A stretch of 58,404 nucleotides of DNA, the filler included, from Sphacelaria rigidula (taxonomy: Eukaryota), in the NCBI GenBank assembly GCA_964200075.2. It is 9 parts of 9 records of this genome, joined end to end, with 100 filler letters (N's around TTAATTAATTAA, not from the genome) between each part and the next. Parts side by side here need not be neighbours in the genome. Positions count along the whole stretch, not along the records: positions 32,505 to 38,904 come from CAXNAA020020303.1; positions 39,005 to 45,404 come from CAXNAA020020304.1; positions 45,505 to 51,904 come from CAXNAA020020305.1; 6 more parts are not named here. One strand, written 5' to 3'. Shown here one piece after another: positions 36,462-49,150 of the stretch (its first letter is position 1; every line of letters starts with the position of its first letter). A program made the translations under genes and the position numbers. The notes beneath the pieces are model-generated. The model ran no database searches. It worked only from the letters and a program-made list of their open reading frames with translations, and was not told the origin of the DNA.

Positions 36462-38444
36462 GTTTCTTCCGGTTCGTGCTTTTCCCTCGTATTTCGCAAT
36501 GTATTATGAGAAAAATATACCGCTGGGAAAATACTGTGAGAGATGTTGACCCTAGCTTACGGTTGCAGATATATTTTTGAGGGGGGTGGGTACCAAAAGG
36601 GTGGGGGGATACCAAAAATAGAAAACGGTCAACGGAAACCGAAGGGATGTGCTGACCAAGGCGAGGTACAAAGACCTAAAGGCTTTGCCATGCCAAGCTC
36701 CCTGTGTTTGTGTAAAAAGACCTGAAGCGTAGACCTTCCCCGATCGCTGCTGGCCCAGCTCGCACTGTGTGCAACCTGCCATCTTCAATCTATACTGCCA
36801 TAATATCACGTACGCAGCAGTACAGACTAAAGTACTGTCCTGTCTAGTACTGTCTGTACTGCACTCCTCCACATCATCAATTCTAGTGCAGCCGTTGTAT
36901 ATTACCGTCTCCAACCCGACACGTGCGCATGTATACTGTACTACCGTATGCGTCAGGCAGAACAGGCAGTATTATACTGCTTAGTTCTGTCTGTACTGCA
37001 CGATGTTCGACGTTGCTATCAGTAGAGCTCCCCAGATGTCCAAGGGCACAAACATATTCAGGGCTGGCGGGCATTGCTACTCTCGCCGCGCCGCAAGCGA
37101 AGTACCGAGAGGGAAATACAAGTCGATTTCGTCTCGTATTTTTTCAAAAATAACAAGCCAGGAGCGCCCATCTCGTGAAATGTCCCCCGTCTCGTATTTT
37201 TTCCCGAGAATCTTGTGAAATAACCAACCGTAAGTAGCCATCTTGTTATTTTCACACGTTATTTGCGAATAATGAGAGGAAATAGCCAACCGGGAAAAAA
37301 CTGCCAACGCCCTAACCTCTATGAAAAAGAAAAAAACTGAACGCCCATTTTTTTTATTCGGCACATTTTTGTGTTTCTCCAGGCTAACTTTCAAATTACA
37401 ATTCTAAAATTGAGCGAAGACATCGAGATAAGGCCTAAATTTTAGCAATGTTCATTTATCCTCAAAACTCCACGAAAAACACAAAACAAAAATGAAAAAA
37501 AAACGAAGAAAAAAAAACGGTAACAAGCTGTTTTATTATTTTCATTATACACTAGCGGTTGAAACAAAAATGAGGTTGAAGTCCCGTTTCTCTATTGCAG
37601 TGAAGACGCGAAGGAGTAAGACAGAGCGAAAGTATCTTCCTTCCCAAACCTCCGCAGCAGGAGTTACCCGTTGAGTGCGAGAGTAGGTCACCTGCTGAAT
37701 CGGCATCAATATCCACTTGGAAAAAGTACACGTGTGGTCCAGATGGTGTGATGATGGTAAATGACTGAGGGCCTGAATAAAAACTACTTACACCACCACA
37801 ATGGACTATGGGCACCGCGGTTCAAGGGTTAAGCAACTCTGGCTAGGTGCACCCAACGAAATGCGGTGTACACGCGGTCGATGACGATATCACCAGAGAG
37901 AGAAGAAACGACAGAGAGGAAGCTCCTCGCCCGTGCCCTTTGTGTGTCCCCGCTCGGGGACTACCAAACTCTCGAGAGACTGGCATCCTTGATCGTACCA
38001 GCATGTGCCAAATTTTTCATATGCCAGAGCATCGACGTGCGTAGAAATTCCGTGTCTCTTCTTGCCTGTCGCCAACGCAAATATCGATTTCTCTCTGCCT
38101 CTCCTTTTGGACAGGACGTGCCTCTGTGCGCTGAAAACATGTTGAAAAAATAGGGCAATGTTCCCGTCACCACTACTACTGTTCTCTGTCACACACATAA
38201 GCCGGCAAGGACGGTGCTGCGGCAATAACAGATATATCCAATTTGAAGAACGGAAAATAATTCGACAAGTTACCGTTCGTATCAGAAACCAATGCTCGTG
38301 GAACACTTTGCAGCTTGGAAAAGACAGATTTTGATGGAGAGAAACTTCCTCTTCGCGTACCCCGACACACGTAAGCATACTCTTGCCCCACGGGTATCCC
38401 AAGCCAAACCACTCACCCCACCCCGATCCTGTCGTACCTTTGGC

Positions 38445-38471
38445 TAGGGTTAGGGTTAGGGTTAGGGTTAG
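38445..38471 (+). repeat. Interstitial (TTAGGG)n tract
   Basis: TAGGGTTAGGGTTAGGGTTAGGGTTAG. Confidence 0.9.
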
Positions 38472-39073
38472 AGTCGTTGTTGGTGTCGTACTTTCAAGTC
38501 GGCTCCTCCAGGGATCCTCGATACAAGTCCGTAGCCTTCAGGGATCACCCCCATCTCTCCACGGTATATGCATTCCGGAATGGGAATGCGGATTGGACCA
38601 ACGTTTCCTCCCGCGGTCTGCTTACTTCCACCGGATCTTCATTACATTTTGCACCCCGTGTTTCCCACGTATTCGGACGACCCACAACAGTAACAAAACG
38701 TATCTTGCTATCGACCTCGAACCCACAACCTTCGCCGAAACTAATACGTAGTATATACATGTTTCCATTCGACCTCCTGGTCGCGGCAGAATGTACGAGA
38801 TGCATCGCACAATCTACACTGGATTTTTCAAATTGGAGTGAACAGTGTTTTCGTGAGATTGAGAGTAGATGATACGATTGAGAGTGGCTTTGATCATTCG
38901 CTTTNNNNNNNNNNNNNNNNNNNNNNNNNNNNNNNNNNNNNNNNNNNNTTAATTAATTAANNNNNNNNNNNNNNNNNNNNNNNNNNNNNNNNNNNNNNNN
39001 NNNNAAGGTGGGTCAAACGTCATGAAAGTGAACAATCCGCGGGCCAAAAATCTGTTTGCCATAACATCCGGCC

Positions 39074-39309
39074 TTAGACCCTGAAATTTTGCGCAGGTAG
39101 GTGTGTGCTGTGGGTCAATACGCAACTTTGCACGGAGAAGGTATTTTTGTTTTTATACATTTACCGTTTTACGGGCGTCCGACTGGATCGAAGCCGAAAA
39201 AACTGGGACCCCGGAAAAACGGTGAAAAAGTAAAAAAGGTAATAACACCTCGACCTTGAAAAGTTGCGTAATGACTCACAGAACACCTGTGCAAAATTTC
39301 AGGGTCTAA
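39074..39309. repeat. Inverted repeat with about 55-bp arms (DNA-transposon subterminal type)
   Basis: TAGACCCTGAAATTTTGCGCAGGT...TACGCAACTTT pairs with AAAGTTGCGTA...ACCTGTGCAAAATTTCAGGGTCTA. Confidence 0.8.
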
Positions 39310-40878
39310 CTCCTTGAAACGGCGTGGAGTTTTGCCGATGAGTGTTTTTTTTTCGTGAACCAGCCTGCATAGGATATAGGATTCACGATTGACGTTTTTC
39401 GTTTTCATGAATCGCCATCGTTTTGAACTCATTTTCAAGTTCAAATGATGCCGATTCACACGAACAAAAAACGTCAGTGGGTTCAACAACGGTCAAATCC
39501 TGCCTGACTACCAACCCTTACGTCAATCCAAGGTCGTAGTGAAGTTCACCACTTGGTAGGTATTGGATGTAGTACAGTGTAATACCGGATCTTCGATAGG
39601 GGTGCTGTGCTCCCACAAAAGGGTGCTCCTGGCGTGCGCAGAGGGGGGCCGATTTGAGGTCCGGCAACACACACTTCTTCCACAGGAAACTCTTTGCACC
39701 CCTCTTGCCCGAGGGTTCTCGGTATGCCTTCGTTGGGGTTGGGGTCAGGGTTGGAGTAGGTGTCATTCGAAATCATGAATATCCGAGTATTTTCCCACAC
39801 CTACAAGAACCAAGTGGTGAACTAACCTCATCCGAGGAAGACCGAGAGCCCTCGGGCGAGGGAGGGCGCACCAAGTGCCCGCCAAGTAAAAACAAGTGTG
39901 CGTTGGCAGACCTCAAGTCACCTGATGCTCAGCTACTCCGTCATCTGACTGAATTGGTAGTGGGCAACCCCACTATAGTATGTATGCCCAGTGCTCTCTG
40001 ACAATTCACATGCGCAACAGAAGAACTGCATGCGCAGGTGGTGGTAAGTTCACTACATAACAGTACAGCACACAATCACAAATATAAAAGCCATATAGTA
40101 GAAACATTATAGTTCGGTACAGTACGCACCTGTGCTCCGTCTGCCAAGGAGATGGCGACGGCAGGCACTGCCGACGTCATGCACATTACCAGAGCTAATG
40201 ACCTCGTCATCTGAAATCATTTCCATTGCAGGGGAAAAGCAGAACACCGATACGACAAGCGAGGACAGGAACATACAAATTCAGGTGATTTGAGTAGATG
40301 CACAGTAGTAGTGGCACTGTTTACTGCGCATCGAGTAATTTCGATCATGAAAGTTTTTTCATGTTTTGTGAAATCTTCCCGCATGTTAAGAGGTTTGACT
40401 TTCGACACGAGAAACATGTATCGTGTACGACTGCAGTTGCTACAGTACAGTACAGTAAACTGCCAAATATAAAGTTTGAAATATTATGTATCCAGGCCGC
40501 GAGAACACGGGACGATACGAAAGATAGTCGGCATATCAAAGCATAAATAGCTTTCAGAGCGCCGACAGGAAGCACAATAAGTATTGGAGGCAATTTCCTG
40601 CGGGGGGTGATGTGCACAGGAGTGCTACTATACACCAAGTAGTACAGCATAGTATCAGAAGTTACAGTTCCAAGGATGACGTGACTCCGAGGGGGGTGGC
40701 TCGTTTCCTACTGTTGGACGGCCCCAGTGAGAAATCTCACCGTAAGCAGTTGAAAGTAGAGGGGTGAAAGGGAGGATACTGATCCCGGACTCTCACACGA
40801 AGTGGAACATACACTCCTCAGGTCTATAGTACACTACTACTGTGTACTGGAAACGCCCGACGTGACATCGTGACTCAC

Positions 40879-41057
40879 CCATGAAATTATCCCTCTCAGC
40901 GCAAACAACATTCGAAACGGTTTAAATTTAAAGCCTGGTGCATCGTGACTTAAACTCGACCTCATCTCGCCGACAGTCACCACGGATGAAAGCAGGTCAG
41001 CCTTAACGCGCTTGGTGTTGGAGCCAACAGCAGTGGCCACGATAGTTACAGTGTGGC
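40879..41057 (-). CDS. Candidate isolated exon of an unknown gene
   Basis: Open frame HTVTIVATAVGSNTKRVKADLL...FRMLFALRGIISW with a strong TGG|GTGAGT donor; weak acceptor. Confidence 0.25.
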
Positions 41058-42277
41058 CTTTTTGGATCAACATAGTTTGGTATCAACACGACACCACAGA
41101 GGCACCAATACAGGGCCAGGCTCCTAAGTAGATTCGAAATCGCGAGTCAAAATAGTAATTAGTACAGTGCATCCAGTAATACTGTCAACCTTCACCGTCG
41201 GTTGTTTAGCTTTATATACCCGCATGTATCACGAAAATATTTTAAGTTTGTTCTGAAAAAATAATGCAACCTGCCTACATTGTATCGAGTACGATGGATG
41301 AGATGTCAGGGCCCGCACCTTGATGCTGGAGGTTGTGTGAGGATTACAAAGATCGCCACACGGCAAGCCCCCACGTAGCTGTTGCTTGAGGCCAGTGAGC
41401 CTGGTGATTGTGAGCCTGGTGATAGTGAGATGGTGGGGTGAAGTGGTAGTGTTACTGGTGTGTTTGTCGGAGATACTTTAGTTTTGAGTACCGTTGGTTT
41501 CTATCTCACATCCTCCTCTCTCAGCCCCTCCTTCTCCTTCTTCTCGTTCGTGACTTGGGATTCAGTGTACTTACCCACCACGTCCAAGATCTCACGGCTG
41601 TCATACCGCAAAATACTCGTAATCCTCAAATAAATGACGTTTCAACCGTCTCATTGCAGTTTTTTATCGTTAACATTAATTGTAGCGGGGGTGTGAAAGT
41701 CATCAGTGGTGGTGCCGGTTGAATCTTCATACAATCTGAGCGAACCCCACTTTGAGGACTTTCACCAGAGACCCGACAACGAAAAGGTAAATATATCGCT
41801 CAGACTTGTTCAACGGCAGCACATCGTGCCGCGCTGTGGCACCAAAGTGCCCCCTGCGTCCCAGGGAAGTGGTTTGCATAAAGATCGAGTAGAAAGCCGG
41901 TGCCGAAAATGATGAACTCTTACAGTACCTCTCGTAAAAACGAATCAATCTCTTCGTCTGTGGCAATATCTGACTCTTCGTACGCGCCATCCTACGATTC
42001 CAAAAGAGTGGCCTTATGACAAGTTTATTCGGAAGGGTTCGTTAGTTCGAAAAATCAACGATATAGATTTCAGAATCAAGCTTGAGGTCCCCTCATTTCA
42101 GGACCAAACCTTTTCGAGAAGATTCTTGGAGGAGTCATTCGACCATTCGACCACATGGTGACGACCTGACCGTTTTTCAGTTTTTCACGAGACAGAAACA
42201 TATTTTTCCATGAAGATCTGGATATGTGTCTGGCGTACATTCCACTTTCTGCAGTGGTACACTCACTGCACTAGACT

Positions 42278-42429
42278 CAAGGGGCCTTACAGACTGGAAT
42301 ATGATACGTTTTATATTTTACACCGTCCCCGATCCCCGAAACAGGAAAACCTCGTTCTGAGCGACGGGGGAGAGGAGGGGACATGGAATACCCCCTTTTG
42401 AAGGTGGGGGTCAAGGGGCCTTACAGACT
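42278..42429 (+). repeat. Two direct copies of the 18-mer CAAGGGGCCTTACAGACT (putative DNA-transposon terminus); third, inverted copy at 32574-32591
   Basis: Exact 18-nt matches at 42278, 42412 and (reverse) 32574. Confidence 0.7.
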
Positions 42430-42547
42430 TATTTATATTATTATTATTATTTCCGCACATTAGTCCGATCTCGCGAACCCGTGGTCACAGACGAGACTGG
42501 AATAGGTTATTCACCGCCGCCAATGAGTTAACTTTATCACTCGGTAG

Positions 42548-42881
42548 TTGACATTTTTCTCGGAAATTTATGGTTTGTACAGGTGCTGATGCATTTCAAG
42601 TAACCCTAACCCTAACCCTAACCCTAACCCTTACCCCAACCCCAACGAAGACATAACGAGCACCCTCGGGCTAGGGGGGTAAGACGTGTTCCCCAGGCGA
42701 AGTGTGCGTTGCCAGACCTCAAATCGGCGCCCCAGGCGCCGATTGAGACAAAAACGCGTGCTGCGCACGCTAGGAGCACGCCAGGAGCCTAGCCCCTTTA
42801 GAGATCCGGATTTCGGTGTCGACACTAAAATCCAATACTGGACCTGTCACAAACCGGAAATTTCCGAGAACTATCTGTCAA
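42548..42881. mobile_element. Non-autonomous element with flanking inverted repeats, an internal (TAACCC)5 tract and a GC-rich hairpin
   Basis: IRs TTGACA..TCTCGGAAATTT..GGTTTGT.CAGGT; hairpin AATCGGCGCC-CCA-GGCGCCGATT at 42722-42744; homologous inverted copy at 39561-39775. Confidence 0.7.
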
Positions 42882-42892
42882 TGTGATGGATA

Positions 42893-42897
42893 TAATG

Positions 42898-42962
<65 letters not shown>
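42893..42962. repeat. (AAT)n microsatellite
   Basis: Read directly from the sequence. Confidence 0.95.
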
Positions 42963-43096
42963 CTGTCAACTACCACGTGCATGAACGGCTTTTCCCGGCT
43001 TGGGCTAAGCTTGTGTACAAGCTGTGTATGCCAGGGCTGCACGGCAGGTGGTAGGGGCGGTACGTCGAGCCTAGGCTGAGCAACGTCTGTATTTGC

Positions 43097-43212
43097 TGTG
43101 TCTGTGTCTGTGTTGTCGTCCCATCTGTTCTGGACGCCAGTCTACACCTTGCGGTATGTATGGGCGCATGAGCCGGGGTCACACAGGAGGAAAGCCGACA
43201 CAGGAGTTTTTT
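43097..43212 (-). mobile_element. 3' fragment of the same SINE family
   Basis: Reverse complement matches 27297-27407 (CTCCTGTGT..CCTCCTGTGTGA..GTGTAGACTGGCGTCCAGAA..GATGGGACGACAACAC). Confidence 0.8.
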
Positions 43213-46057
43213 ATTTATTTATTTCGCCTCCAGCCGCAGCACCCCTGACTACCACATGCTGCCGTACCACGAAGTCCTTGAACGCACCAGCTGCGAGCAC
43301 ATCGAGGCCACCGTGATGAAATGGACCCTCCTGTACGCCGACCACGTTGTACGCATGCACGATGACCGCCTCCCCAACATACAGTGCCGGCCCGCACGTA
43401 AGAATATGGCAGTTTAGAATTTGAGGCTAAAAAAAAAAAAACTCAAGAATTTGCGCTTTAAGAACACGTGCTCAGATCGAACGTGTGCTGTTAAGAACAA
43501 GAACACAGACTTGAGGTGTACCACTGATGCCACAGATAAGAACAAGAGTGATGTTAGGCTGGGCATGGGGTGGTTTGGAGGGTTGATCATTCAGCAATCT
43601 CCGCAGCACACTCGCCACCTTCACGACTACTGTGTCCAGCTGGAGCTAGACCAGAGTACGCGCAAGATGAAGCTGCCCTTAGACAAGTACAGCGGAGATC
43701 AGGATGCGGCGGTGGGCTCCTGGGTTTTGCTTGAGAGCGTTAGTAGAGCGGGAAGGGTACACACCCCCAACGTCACCCTTGTGGACCAAGAAGGTTGACA
43801 GCAGTTTCTCCATGCCATGGTGTTTTCTTGTACCAAACAAAAACAGCAGTGTTCCTCATGTTGAACACTCCGCCGAGTGCAGCAGAGAGCCACCAAAGTA
43901 CGCCGTCATATGATGATACGCAAACCAATAATATAACAATCGGTGCTGAAATAAGAACAAGAACAAACACCGATCCGACCAATCCAACCGATCTGTATAG
44001 GAACACCGCCTGGATAATGACAATATGTACAACACTCTTCGGCGTATCGGTACTCAGTTCCGGAGGCACGACGGCACGTGCGCTGCAGGCGCTGCAAGAT
44101 ACTGAAAATTCGACTACATGCCATGTGAACCACAGTCAACAGCCTCATCTCGCTGAATCTGGGGTACTCATTCCAGTCGTGCGCACCGGGGTGACAAGAG
44201 GTCCGATTTTGTTCCGATTTTGTTTTTGCGCAACACTCACTTTGTTCATTAGCGTTGTCGTTTGACAAATCAAAACCAGAACAATAAAACATGGAACCAC
44301 GCGTACAGCCTCTCTCCAGCTTGGTTATCCTTAATCCTCGTGTGTAGCGGCGGAGTACGCAGGCAAGTAGACGACACGGAGGGACAGCATACCACAGCAG
44401 ACGCTGGGGAGAAATGATGGCAAATCGGTGTCGATGCAGTGAAGCTAGGCATCGGGTGCTTGTTCGATGCGTGGGGCTTTTGCTTGCAGCGACAGTACTG
44501 TGAGTATCTACTGCGGTGTGCTTCTGCTGTACCTTGATTGCATTGTACAGTCTGTCCGATCAAGGAAGAGGGTCGCGTACTCGCTCGTCAGGAACTTGCT
44601 CTCAACAGCGCAGAGTGCTGGTTGGGGGCTGAAAATATACGAGTATGTAACTCATGTTCTTCCTATGAAGGAAGCTTGCTGCTTCGTACTCCCTTCTCTG
44701 GCACGTTCTACACGATATTCTTATGGTATATTCCGTTTCACCACCATACGGTAAAACTATCCGTGGTGCTGTCCTCCGTATGGCCAAAACTAGGTCGGGC
44801 CCCCGTCTGTGTCGCTATGCCTTGCGTGTGCCCTTGGTGCTCATCGGATATTGGCCTGTGCGTTCCCTTATGGCCTCTCTGCGGCGACGTTGTATCTGCT
44901 TTACGCTTGAGATTTACTCCCCTGCCCTCACTGAATCTTCTCAACTTGTCCAGCACAAGGGGGGAGGCCATTTTCCATTTCAGCCCTTTTTTCTTCAGTA
45001 GCTCTGCGTACTGTACTGTATGTTTGCCCGACATTGCCCCGCAGGGTCGAGTTTCCTGTTTTTCTCGACAGTGCAGTCAATACTACAGACTTCACGTGCA
45101 CAACTGAACTGTAGTCATGGTACCGTACAGTGTAACTCCACTGAACTATATCCCAATCCCTCCTCAGGTATACCGGTGTCCTGTTCTGTGCGTGTCTAAG
45201 GAATAACAACTGAAGACCATACATCATAGGCCACACACAACCTGTGGTCGAGCACTAACCCCTTGAACCCCCGAACCCCTAGATACACGCTGAACGGACC
45301 TGGTTCGGGGGGGGGGGGGGGGGGGGGGCGGGGTCGGCCCGAGGAGAAGGCAGAAAAAAAAAGGGGGACCACAACCAAACAGAGCCGGAAGCAAAAAAGA
45401 AAAANNNNNNNNNNNNNNNNNNNNNNNNNNNNNNNNNNNNNNNNNNNNTTAATTAATTAANNNNNNNNNNNNNNNNNNNNNNNNNNNNNNNNNNNNNNNN
45501 NNNNGGCGCCCCGCCCCGAAAGGGGGGTGGGGTCAATGGTCAAAAGACAAAGGAACACAAAAAAAGAGTACCCCCCCCCCCCCCCCCCCTCTCCCCTTCA
45601 TAGTGAATCGGTGATTTTTAGGGACCAAACCGTCTGTCCGCAGTACCCCCTGCCTTGTACTTTTGCTATCGAGAAGTGATAGCATGGGGGGAGGGGGGAG
45701 GTGAAAAGTGGATTACGCCGGGCGACAACAATCTTCAGCACAGAAAGTACACAATTGACATGCTTGGCAGGGGAGTACAGGACATGACAAACATGCAAAT
45801 ACGGGCAGCCAAAACATAAACTTTCAACGCATTCAAAGTATATTTGCGGTTTGCTCAGGCGTCATATGACAATAATCTTGCAACCTTGCAAATACCAGAA
45901 GGATGACTGCTGAGATCATCAACATCATCAACAGTCATATCCCTCTCCGGGTTTGGTAACGACGAAAACAATGACGAAATCCCGCTGTCCCGCTCCACAC
46001 GGGATTATAAAGGTGTACTCTGTATCAGGTATGTCTTCCTCTGCCTGCTTCACCAAC

Positions 46058-46141
46058 CTGGCACCGTACGCGATACACTCCCCGCCTTGCAACTGCTTTG
46101 CCACCTCCGGGTGGTGTTTATACCGCTGAAACTCCTTGTAC
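46058..46141 (-). CDS. ETFDH: ETF-QO internal exon (gene is truncated by both contig ends)
   Basis: YKEFQRYKHHPEVAKQLQGGECIAYGA(R); CAG| and |GTTGGT; the phases of all five exons chain correctly. Confidence 0.95.
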
Positions 46142-46777
46142 CTGTTTTGATCCACCAGAACAGATCAGCATCAAACGAATAAAACGTTGAAAGTAAGATT
46201 TCGCGCGCGTGCGAAGCGGAGCGGCCGACAGGGGAGGGGAAGGGCATCGTGTTTCGCACCACAGAAACCAATAACCATTCCATTACCCTTGGCATTCTAA
46301 TCTGCCCATTCGCCCAAACTAGCCGATGACGATGTACCCTAGTTTGACCGCGGGCCGGTCGGCGTTTTTTTTTCAACGATATCGTGTGCATATCAGAATG
46401 CTTCTACGAACTGAGCAATATTGACATGAAGAACAACAGGAGCCGACGACCAAATCAGACTCACAACACGATATGCCACAGGTCAAGGAGAGGCTTCTCG
46501 GAGTCTAGCCCGACGACTACCCGTCCTTCACGTGCTATGTTTTCTGGTGAAAACAAATGAAACTAAACGGCGTCAACGTTCGTGTATCTCATCCGGGCTA
46601 CTACGCTACCAACGTCTCCGAATTATTTTAAACAATAGCAACAGCGACTCTGAATTGCCGACGAAAAACATCACAGCTTCCATCTATGTGCTCCGACAAC
46701 AAAAATCGAGGGCTAACACGTGCAAACCAAAAACATCGCGAAGTTGATAGTGCGCCAGCAGCAATAAAAAATCTCAC

Positions 46778-46924
46778 GGATTGAGGTGCGGATTCTCGTA
46801 GTCCAGCCCAACCACAAGCCCGACCAAGATCAGATCCGGCGCCTGGTGGTACAAAAACGATCCTCCATATGTCTTCGACATCGGACCGTCCTGTAACGGC
46901 CATCCGAGCGTATGTTGGACGACG
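46778..46924 (-). CDS. ETFDH: ETF-QO internal exon
   Basis: [48 protein letters not shown](P); phase 2-2. Confidence 0.95.
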
Positions 46925-47908
46925 CTTTCGCAGACAGTGGTGTATGATGGGCAGAAACAAGACGGTAAATGGGTGGGTGGGTGGGGTTGGGGGTCGTGGG
47001 GTGATGAAGCGACAGCATGACTTGCACGAGAAGCTCCCGGCTCATGCACATCTATACATATACATATCTCTTACATACATATGTACCGGGGGCGAGATGG
47101 GTTGATCCCTTGAGACTACGGACTCTTCTCGAGGAAGGGGGCGGGCTTAAAGTGGGAACAGGAAAACTAAACAAGTAACTTTTGCAGGTGATAATCTCAG
47201 CACATAAAATGTACTGCAACAACGTTCAATAGCGCCTGGTTCGTGCAGCATTGAAAAGTCAGCTTTTATAAGCTTTTCCAACCATGTGCATACACATCGC
47301 AGATTGGATAATGACCAGCACTCCCGCACCGCGTGGACTCTCGTCAAAAACAATGTGTCGCTACTCACGTTCCCACATTTTCATCGACAAAATATATTTG
47401 CTGATTGAGAAAACCCAAATGCATTTGCCCGGATCCGAATCCGCATTTCTTCTTGCCTAATGGGCTCAGCTGTGCCATATTGGTATTAGTTTAGACCACC
47501 GCCGCACAGTGGGACACTGCGTTTGTCATTGATGGCTGTGCTGGCAAAAAGTTAGCGAGGCTGTTTAGCTTCAGCGTCGGGGTTGACTGTGTCGAACGTC
47601 AGCCAGCAATATTATCTCGAGAGGAGATCAAGCTCGCGCCCAAAGGGTCAAAACATCATTTCTTTACAAAACCATCGTCAAGCCTTTGAACGCCACTATG
47701 GGTTACCTGAGTCTTACACACTCTTTTTCCCAATGTGAAACGACGCCGATTAAAAAGATAGCACCCCGCCCTTGCGGTTAAGAGGGTCAAATAATTTTGT
47801 CACCCGATACTCACAAACAGAGCAGCAGTATTGCACATTAAACAGAATATGCATCAGGAATCCTCCCGCCAGCACTATTATAACTATTAGTTTCCAGCCT
47901 CCTCTCAC

Positions 47909-48012
47909 CCGGGGCGGCAGTTCTCAGTTGGGACGCGCCAGACTTCCTTTAGCCCCAGCCCGTACGTCTGTTCGTCCTTGCCTTCGCGTAGGCCAAACTT
48001 CGACATGATCCC
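47909..48012 (-). CDS. ETFDH: ETF-QO internal exon
   Basis: GIMSKFGLREGKDEQTYGLGLKEVWRVPTENCRP(G); AAG| and |GTGAGA; phase 0-2. Confidence 0.95.
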
Positions 48013-48773
48013 CTTGACAATCGCGCACAGACAGACAGAGAGACACCGATATTCACCGATAGACCGACGAACATCAGGTGCAGGTAAGTCCACATCTTGA
48101 TTCCAAAAGATGGATCGTTGGGAACAAAATACAACAGTAAAATAAGCGAGGATGCTAAGGACAGAGGATAACACACACACTCACACGCAAACCCGTAACA
48201 CGAGGAAGACAGATGGGGTGCAGGTAAACCAGCACTACTTTCGAAGATCCCATCGTTGGAGGAACGAAAAGCTTCAATGAAGTACGTGGGGGCTTACAGC
48301 GTATATAAAAATAATACCACACTTGGTAAACTTGAATAATAACCCTGCTAGAATCTTTGAATTCATGAAAAAAGGACCAAACCACATATATGGTTCCGAA
48401 AATTCGTAGTCACAAACCACAAAACGTTGAACGCTTGGCCACCACTACAGTAAGCACAGAAGGATGTGCGGAATCCAACGTATATTATGATATGCTCCAC
48501 GGGTGGGACGAATCATGGCCGGTTGGAATCACCAACTCCGCGATTTTTCAGGTCTGATTGCTCGAAAAGGAAAAAACGTTGACCGCTGGCCAAGCAGACC
48601 TCCACACAATCCTGCGACATTCCACGTGCCTTGGCTGCGTGTACCTGGCATACAAAGCTGAAAACAAAGCCTAAGGATTGATTCGTACCGTACGAATCAG
48701 TTGCAATAAAATCAAGAAACTTCCAGACGAATCATTAACTCGTCCGACTTCTTCACCCTTCTCCACTCCCCAC

Positions 48774-48911
48774 CTCACTGCAGGACCCCCTGGCTCCCTC
48801 GGCGAAGAGCGTCTGTCTGGCCCTTATCTCGATGCCCCTTTCAAAAGTGCCTTTGCGAGACCCGTCTTTCGCTATGCCGACGTCACCTGTGGCTACACCA
48901 ACGACACCACC
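48774..48911 (-). CDS. ETFDH: ETF-QO internal exon
   Basis: GGVVGVATGDVGIAKDGSRKGTFERGIEIRARQTLFAEGARGSCSE; CAG| and |GTGGGG; phase 0-0. Confidence 0.95.
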
Positions 48912-48938
48912 CTGTGCGAAAACAAGTCAATGTCAAGG

Positions 48939-49150
48939 ATATATATATATATATATATATTGTTGGAAATATTAATGGATGACTAAATAAACGAGTGAAT
49001 GAATGAATGAGCGCGTAAATGAATGAATGCATGAATGAATTCATGAATGATTACATGATTGTATCAGTTCACTGATAAATAGATGGATAAATGAATAAAT
49101 GGATGAGCGAAGTAATATATGGATGAATGAATGGGTGAGTAAATGACTGA
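48939..49150. repeat. (TA)n followed by degenerate (TGAA)n microsatellite, intronic
   Basis: Read directly from the sequence. Confidence 0.9.

Noticed and set aside
35964..36509. Pair of homologous proteins on opposite strands
   Set aside because: A consequence of the DNA palindrome; no protein family features
42601..42630. True chromosome telomere
   Set aside because: Only five units, internal to the contig and embedded in a dispersed repeat
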